DNA from: Macrostomum lignano
Lineage: Eukaryota
Assembly: GCA_002269645.1 (NCBI GenBank)
Contig: NIVC01002082.1
Location: 1-64,000 of the forward strand
Direction: 5' to 3'
DNA: 64,000 nt
Under the pieces are notes generated by a model, which was not told the origin of the DNA, made no database searches, and saw nothing but the letters and a program-made list of their open reading frames with translations. Every line of letters starts with the position of its first letter. The stretch's first letter is position 1. Of the stretch, positions 56,691 to 64,000 are shown one piece after another. Position numbers and translations under genes: made by a program.

Positions 56691-59600
56691 TCCACCAAAG
56701 ACGCCGCCGCCGCCAGCAGAAGCGAAGTCGCCGAAGGTCATACCGCCGCCAGCCTGCATGGCGCTGCTGAACCCGCCGAAACCTCCGCTGCTGCCGCCTC
56801 CACTGCCAAACAGACCGCCGCCTCCAAGCGAAGCTGGCGACGTCGACGAAGGCGAAGTGCCTGCGAATGGCGAGGCGAATTGAGGAGCCGAATTGAACAG
56901 CCCACCAGCAGATACACCGCCGCCGCCACCTCCACTGAAGAGGCCACCACCGCCACCTCCGCCTCCGCTGCCAAATAAGCCGCCAGAAGTTGAAGCCGCT
57001 GCTCCCAGGACGCTGGTGCCCGAGAACAGGCTTCCGCCGCCGCTTCCGGTTTTGGCGCCAGGGCTTGCAAACGGATTAGCGGCGCTGGGTTGACTTGATG
57101 CGCCTGAGGATTTTATTATTGTTTTCTTATAAATAAAGTAATAGTTGAACATGTATTACTACTATTGGCATATGATTTCTTACAGAAACTATTCCAATTA
57201 TACAAGTGGTATTAAATGATTTACTAATCTATCTACTTTACTACCCACCGTATCTACTCTATAACCTACCGTATCTACATGCATCATATCTACAAGTATC
57301 ATATTTACTATGCGACCTACCGTATCTACACTGTTACCTACCGTATCTACACTGTTACCTACCGTATCTACACTGTTACCTACCGTATCTACACTGTTAC
57401 CTACCGTATCTACTTTACGACCCATCGTATCTACTTTACGACCCATCGTATCTACTATATGATCTACCGTATCCACTCTATGACCTACTATATCTACTAT
57501 ATGACCTACCGTATATACTCTGTGACCTACCGTATCTACTCTATGACCTACCGTATCTACTATGTGACCTACCGACTACCGTATATACTCTGTGACCTAC
57601 CGTATCTACTCTATGACCTATCGTATCTACTCTATGATCTACTATAACTACTATATGACCTACCGTATCTACTCTATGACCTACTTGACCTACTATATCT
57701 ACTATATGACCTACCTTATCTACTATACGACCTACCTTATTTGTATATGACATGCCGTATCTACTTTGTGACCTACCGCATCTACTCTCTGACCTACCGC
57801 ATCTACTCTCTGACCTACCGTATCTACTATCTACCTATCTATTGTACGATGCAACACATCTGTGCTATGACCCACATGTACACTATAATTTATACAATAC
57901 TATATCTACACCTCCGCTCAATCAGTCACACTTACCCCAGTAACTAATGACATGCCTAACACCCTTTAAAATTTGACTCACCAAACATTAATAAAAGTGT
58001 AATATACAACCTGTACTCAGACAGTTAGACTCCTATCCTAGGCTGCCCTCCCCTAAACCTCAATCAAGGTCAATTGCAAGAAAACAGCAGTAGAAGTTTC
58101 ACCTGCAGCGGTCGAGGAGAACAGCCCTCCGCCGCCGCCGCCGCCGCCGCCACCACCGAAGACGCTGCCACCGGCTCCGGGACCCGTTGACGATGAGCCG
58201 AACAAGCCACCTCCTCCGCCGCCGCCGCCGCCGCCGCCGCCGCCAGTAGACAGTGACGAGAACAGTCCACCTACAGACGACAGACTAGACTGTCCCGCAG
58301 CTGCCGCGGTGGTCGTTGCTGTTGACGATGAAAACAGACCGCCGCCGCCACCAGCGCCTGCGGCTTGCGAACCGGAGAACAAGCCACCGGTGCTGCTGCC
58401 AAACAGGCCACCACCAGTATTGGGAGCACCTGTTGTAGCTGTTGTGCCAGCAAACAGGCCACCACCAGTATTGGGAGCACCTGTTGTAGCTGTTGTGCCA
58501 GCAAACAGGCCACCACCAGTATTGAGAGCACCTGTTGTAGTTGTTGTGCCAGAAAACAGGCCACCACCAGTATTGGGAGCACCTGTTGTAGTTGTTGTGC
58601 CAGAAAACAGGCCACCACCAGTATTGGGAGCACCTGTTGTAGTTGTTATGCCAGAAAACAGGCCACCACCAGTATTGGGAGCACCTGTTGTAGCTGTTGT
58701 GCCAGAAAACAGGCCACCGGTGCTGGAGGTACTGGTTGAAGCAGCTGCAGTACCAAAAAGACCACCAGTCTTTATAGCACCGGCTGGAGGTGTTGAAGTT
58801 GCAAACAGACCACCGGTGCTGGTGGTACCGGTTGGAGCTGTAGAACTAGCAAATAGACCACCGGTGCTGGTGGTACCGGTTGGAGCTGTAGAACTAGCAA
58901 ATAGACCACCGGTGCTGGTGGTACCGGCTGGAGCTGTAGAACTAGCAAATAGACCACCGGTGCTGGTGGTACCGGCTGGAGCTGTAGAACTAGCAAATAG
59001 ACCACCGGTGCAGGTGGTACCGGTTGGAGCTGTAGAACTTGCAAATAGACCACCGGTGCTGGTGGTACCGGTTGGAGCCGTAGAACTAGCAAATAGACCA
59101 CCGGTGCTGGCGGTACCGGCTGGAGCTGTAGAACTTGCAAATAGACCACCGGTGCTGGCGGTTGTAGCAGCTGCTGAAGTTCCAAATAAACCACCGGTTC
59201 CAGGCGCAGCTGATGAACTGGTTGTTTTTCCAGAAAACAGGCCAGCAGTGCTTGAAGTGGCATTGGTAGCAGAAGTAGTTGACGAAGAAACAATGCCTGC
59301 GGTGGGTGTAACTGCTGAAGTAACAGTTGAAGTATAAAGCAGGCCAACAGTTCCTACCGGAGATTTGCTAGCACCTGTTGTAGCTGCAGGTGAAATCGCG
59401 TCGGTTTTAGCTGCACCTGTTGAAACCGCCGGCGCAGCAAATAGACCGGTGCCAGGTGCTGCTGCAGCTTTAGAGACTACAGCACCGGTGCTAGTTGTGA
59501 CCGGTGTAGACAACAGGCCACCAGTGACAGGTGCCGCTGCAGCTGTTGGCTTAGATACTACAGCACCGGTGCTAGCTGTAACCGGTGTAGACAACAGGCC

Positions 59601-62600
59601 ACCAGTGACAGGTGCCGCTGCAGCTGTTGGCTTAGATACTACAGCACTGGCGCTAGCTGTAACCGGTGTAGACAACAGGCCACCGGTGACAGGTGCAGCT
59701 GTAGCTGTTGGTTTGGAGACTGCTGCACCGGTGCTGGCCGTAACCGGTGTAGACAACAATCCACCGGTTCCAGGTGCTTTAGTTGTAGTAGGCGGCATTG
59801 ACAAAAGACCACCGATGGTACTAGTGCTAGTAGGAGCTTTACTAGCACTGGTGAAAGCAGACGGTACTGCTGTTGTTGCAGCAGGTGCCGATAGCAGAGC
59901 GCCAAGACTAGAAGGCTTTGCCGCCGCGGACACCGCTCCAGGAGCAGCAAAAATTCCTGCTGTAGGAGTGCCAGACACAGAGGAAGCAACCGGCACTTTG
60001 AAGGGGCCGCTAGTGGATCCAACTGAAGACTGGGAAGCTGGCACCGCGGCTGGCTGCTGCGACAGCAGGCCGGTAAGCAGACTGCCACTAGGAGAAGCAG
60101 ACGATGCAGTCGACTTTGGTGAATTTGGCTTGTTCTGCTGTTGTTGTTGCAGTTGTTGGCGTCGAGCAGCCGCTGACGCCGCTGCCGCCGTGGAAGACAT
60201 GACTTGACGAACAATTGATTCAACCAGAGCGTCCGAATTGGGCGACCCTGAAGCCGTTGACTTCGACACTGATGAACTCTTCTTGCCCTTTGGCGTCACC
60301 TCCGGAGCTGGAGGCAGTTTAGTCAGCGACGCGGCGGACGTCGTTAGCGAGCGTCGGTTCGACCGCTGCCCGAGAGCCAGTGGCGAGGTCACCGAAGTCA
60401 AGGACGCCTGCTCAAACTCCCGCTCTAACTCATTGAGCAGGTTGGCAGCAGAGGCGGTGCCGAGGACACCGGAGGCGTTGGAACTTGACGATGCCGCAGA
60501 CAGATCGTTGCCAGCAGTGGCTTGTCGAGCAGCGTCGACTCGCAGAGCGGCAAAACGATTCATGAGCTGGTCCATGGCCTCCTCCTGTTGTTGAATGATG
60601 CGGTAATTGGTGCGGATGGTCTGATAGACTGAATGAAGCGGCGGTACCCGTCTCTGGTGCTGTTGGTGCTGCTGCTTCCTAGACGCTGTAGCCAGCCGAG
60701 CGTCCAAAGCTTCGTGCAGGCCAGCCGTGACTGTCTCCAATCGATGCAGCGTAGATTTGACAGTGCCAATCCGTTTGCGCAGGGCGGGATCCATGCCGGC
60801 CAGACCGCCAGCTGCTAGCACAAGTCGGCGTGACTTGGCATCCTGTTGCATATTGAGCAGGGCGTTAGCGTACTGCTGCGAGGCCGTATTATCGAATACC
60901 GCAGCTTTAATAGCACGCGCTTCTGCGCTCATTTCAGCCAGGGTCTCCGATAGGCCCGGCGAGTGCTGCAGCGCAGCTTCAATCCGCTTGATAAACGCTT
61001 TAGACGCGTCCGGCGAATCGAAAGCGGCCCGTTTAGAAAGCACTTCAGCGTTGGCAGCCTTAGCGGACGCAATGTCCTTGTGCAAAGCCACTATCATGCT
61101 GGAGATTTCGGCATCGTAATCCGCGGGAGTCGGAGCTGGCTGAGCCGGTGGTGGAGTTGGTCGCTGCTGCTGCTGCTGCTGCTGTTGGGGCTTTGGTTGC
61201 TGAGTTAATGGCGATGCCTTGGAAGTTCGAGCAGGCTGAAGAACTGTAACAGATTGAGGCTGGGCCTGAGGCGAAGGCTGCGCTGGCGCTACTGATGTTG
61301 GAGTCAAAGGCTTATTAGTTGAAGGCGGTTTCTGAGGTTGAACTGCAGTCAACGGAGGAGGCGTCGCTAATTTGGTAGGCTCTAATACAGGCTGCTGTGG
61401 CTGCTGCTGCTTCTGAGCTGCTGGTTTCGGCGCTCTAACAGTCGGCTTAAATTCAGTTGGAGTTCTATTTAATTGCTGCCAAATATTTTTATCAGCTGCG
61501 GCGGGTGGCACAATAGCAAAGGGGCACAGATAGCCAGTGTTGGTCACTGAGTACACGTGCAGCCCAGGTGTCACTGTCTCGTCAGATGCGACTGGCACAG
61601 GAGCGGCAGGTACAGAGGAGTAGGCAAGGCCCAGACAGAAGGAATCAGTGCCGTTACTTCCAGCTGGTAGGGTGATCCGCTTTCCATATGGCGGCAGCAG
61701 TTCGCTAACAGACGGCTCGTTGCCAAGCAGCTGCAACAGGCTGGCCTCGACTGAAGTGGACAGAGCGGCTATCAGTAGCGACCACTGAGGCACATAGGCC
61801 AACTGGTAGAATATCTGTCTACTGCCTGGCGGAGCAAACGACATGCCAATCTCGCCTAAATCAGTATAAACCGGACGGCCGGGCTCTTTTGGACAGGCCA
61901 GACAGCCGGCCGAGCCGCTCTGACCGTCCGAGGTGCCGGCCAGAAAGAATCGAAAAGTTGACAGCCACAGCAGGTTGGTGACCCCGGTAGACAAGGCGTT
62001 GCCAACAGCCTGGGTGGCGTCAATTTTTCGTTTGCAAGCCAAGTTTAAATCGAACTGTTCCAAGTGCACAAATCGTTGCTGTTGGCCTGGAGACGAACAG
62101 AAACAAGCTACCAGCTGTTTGCCTCTGGGACTCCAGCAAGCTGCAGAAATTGGCCGATTAGTCAATGAGCCAACAATGGTGACGCCTTCTCCGCTAGCTA
62201 GCGAGTACAGGCTCAGACTGCCGTCTGACAGCAAGCAGAACAGACTGTCTGACAGCTCGGGATTCCAGCCAATTTGGCTCACATAAATATTGGCGCGTTG
62301 GGAAGCGCGGATCTCTAAGTAAGGAGCCGGAGCTGGAGCACTGGCTGAGAACCAGGCTAATTCGTAAAGGCTAACAAATGCACCGCAGGGTCCTTCGGTG
62401 GCTACGGCCAACAGGCTGCTGTCAGAGTTCACAGCTAAACCTGTAGGCCTGCCCTTGGCTGTTGGAACCGTGCAGCGAAATGCGAATTTATCAATCAACT
62501 GAGTAGATGTCTTGTGAGTAGTAAGTGTGGCTGTTTCAATATCGGCTGTATTGGTAACAACAAAGTCTGCAGCTCTGGCTGCTATGACCAGTCCCTGACT

Positions 62601-62732
62601 TGTGCAGGCTACAAGGCTAGTAGCAGTCGGTCTAGCCACCACATCGTTGGGATAACTGCTGCCAGCTCCCAGGTCTAGATCGATACGGCCCAGTGACAGG
62701 CATTGCAAATCGTCAATATCTTTGGTTTGCAT
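56610..62732 (-). CDS. NUP214: Nucleoporin NUP214/Nup159 orthologue; join(58103..62732,56610..57103), 1,707 aa
   Basis: N-terminal beta-propeller (WNP, CWSPRGKQL, YVPQWSLLIAA); coiled coil VYQTIRTNYRIIQQQ; GGLF/FG-type repeat tail; phase-1 GT-AG intron. A short upstream exon is possible. Confidence 0.9.
57237..57840 (+). repeat. 21-bp minisatellite CTACCGTATCTACTCTATGAC in the NUP214 intron
   Basis: Directly visible. Confidence 0.95.
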
Positions 62733-62915
62733 GTGGCCACTGGAACATGCAATATTGTAAGGTTTTTAGTTTTACGAGTTTCCATGGATGCAATGAAAAA
62801 GTGCTCAAGAATGATGACTTTTAGAGAGCAAAATTACTAAAGCATTAAATAAATAAGAATTTGAGTTAGATGAAGAATCAGTGAAAGTGAATAAATAACT
62901 TAATACACAAGCCTA

Positions 62916-63220
62916 GGAAGTTGTAACCCAGTGCTTAGAGGGTCAGACTTACGACTTGAAGGAAGGAAATTCGATTCCCGATCCAATTAAAACAGTTTGT
63001 ATCCTTGAGCATGAGCAAGATACTAATTTTTCTCTATTGCTTCAGTTCACCCAGCTGTAAAATGGGTGCCAGCATTAGCTGGGGCAATTGAGGGTGCGTG
63101 TGGCGACCCCCCCCCATTCCTTAGACTCAACAGCTACACACAGCCTTCAGATGTACCATGCAATGTGGCTGAGCTGTCAGTTGCACATCTGCTCATTAGG
63201 GGCAGGTGTAATCAATTTTT
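62916..63220 (+). mobile_element. Full-length CORE-SINE copy, diverged
   Basis: Colinear with the reverse complement of 10110..10419 (TTCGATTCCCGATCC, CAGCTGTAAAATGGGTGCCAGCATTAGCTGGGG, GCAGGTGTAATCAATT). Confidence 0.88.
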
Positions 63221-64000
63221 ATAATGCTTATAAATCAAAGAAAAGTTAGAAAAACAGAGCAATGAACCAGCTACCTTGAATTTGATTTTAAATAGTGATT
63301 TATAGAAAGAAAGTGAAATGAAAAGCTTTGTAAATAAAATAGCATTCAATATGGCATAATCAGAGCACAAATACAATTGGCAAATTTGCATTGTCATTAC
63401 TATTTTGCTTATAAAAAACAAACCAATATACCTAGAAGAAAATAGTCTACTAAATCAATAAGTTTGACTAACCACTTTTATTGATAATTTTCCTACATAA
63501 AATGTAAATGCCAAGTATATTTAGGTGGCAGTTTAATAAGCAATAAGATTTGGCAAGGAGTTGTAATTAAGCCATATTGCCAAAACTTATTTAATACCTC
63601 TTATAAAAAATCTAATTTATAAAAATAATAACCTAAATTTGCTTCCCAACATGGCAATAAATAAAATATAGGTCTTTGATAGTTTTAAAATGATTTTTTA
63701 CTTTATTAGCCCAAGACAATCTTTTAAACAAAACCTTCAAAATATGTGTTATATGGGATTCAGTGGTGTGATTGGCAAAGGGCCATTTTTTTCGCGCCTT
63801 ACAAAAAAATTTGCGCCATTGTTTACTAGTTTAAATAACATGCTAACTACATATATGTACATGTAGAAAACCAATATTTTTATGGTTTTGCTTCTTTTTT
63901 CCAGCACTAAGGATCAATCCTTGCTGTGGCAGTACTTTACCACTCATAAAAGTTTGGCCTGCACAACTAAAAAGCTAGCAGCAAATGTCCTTGGACAAAA

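Noticed and set aside
58309-62286. Plus-strand ORFs of up to 342 aa
   Set aside because: Antisense shadows of the NUP214 coding repeats

Overview
Animal (invertebrate-like) genomic DNA, rich in repeats. Bases 1 to about 13,650 are part of an endogenous Polinton/Maverick (adintovirus-type) element. It encodes a packaging ATPase, a membrane protein, an adenain-like protease, a protein-primed PolB, an adenovirus pX-like protein, an rve integrase, a parvovirus-type PLA2 and accessory ORFs. Capsid genes and the left end are not in the window, and no right TIR was found. Several core ORFs are broken, mostly by single-base deletions in homopolymers. Its accessory region holds an ORF-free array of six 43-bp hairpin palindromes between a TATA box and an AATAAA, and a 207-aa ORF behind a perfect heat-shock element plus TATA. 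The rest is host sequence: hAT, MULE-like and EnSpm-like non-autonomous transposons, three CORE-SINE copies, a divergent pair of Penelope-type hammerhead ribozymes and many mini/microsatellites. Host genes are a 4-exon TMEM179-like gene, two intron-containing RPL10A paralogues and a NUP214 orthologue. TMEM179 intron 3 is almost filled by a Gypsy Gag-protease cassette bounded by inverted LTRs. An old LTR element lacking RT lies between the RPL10A copies. All calls come from reading motifs by eye; no database searches were run.
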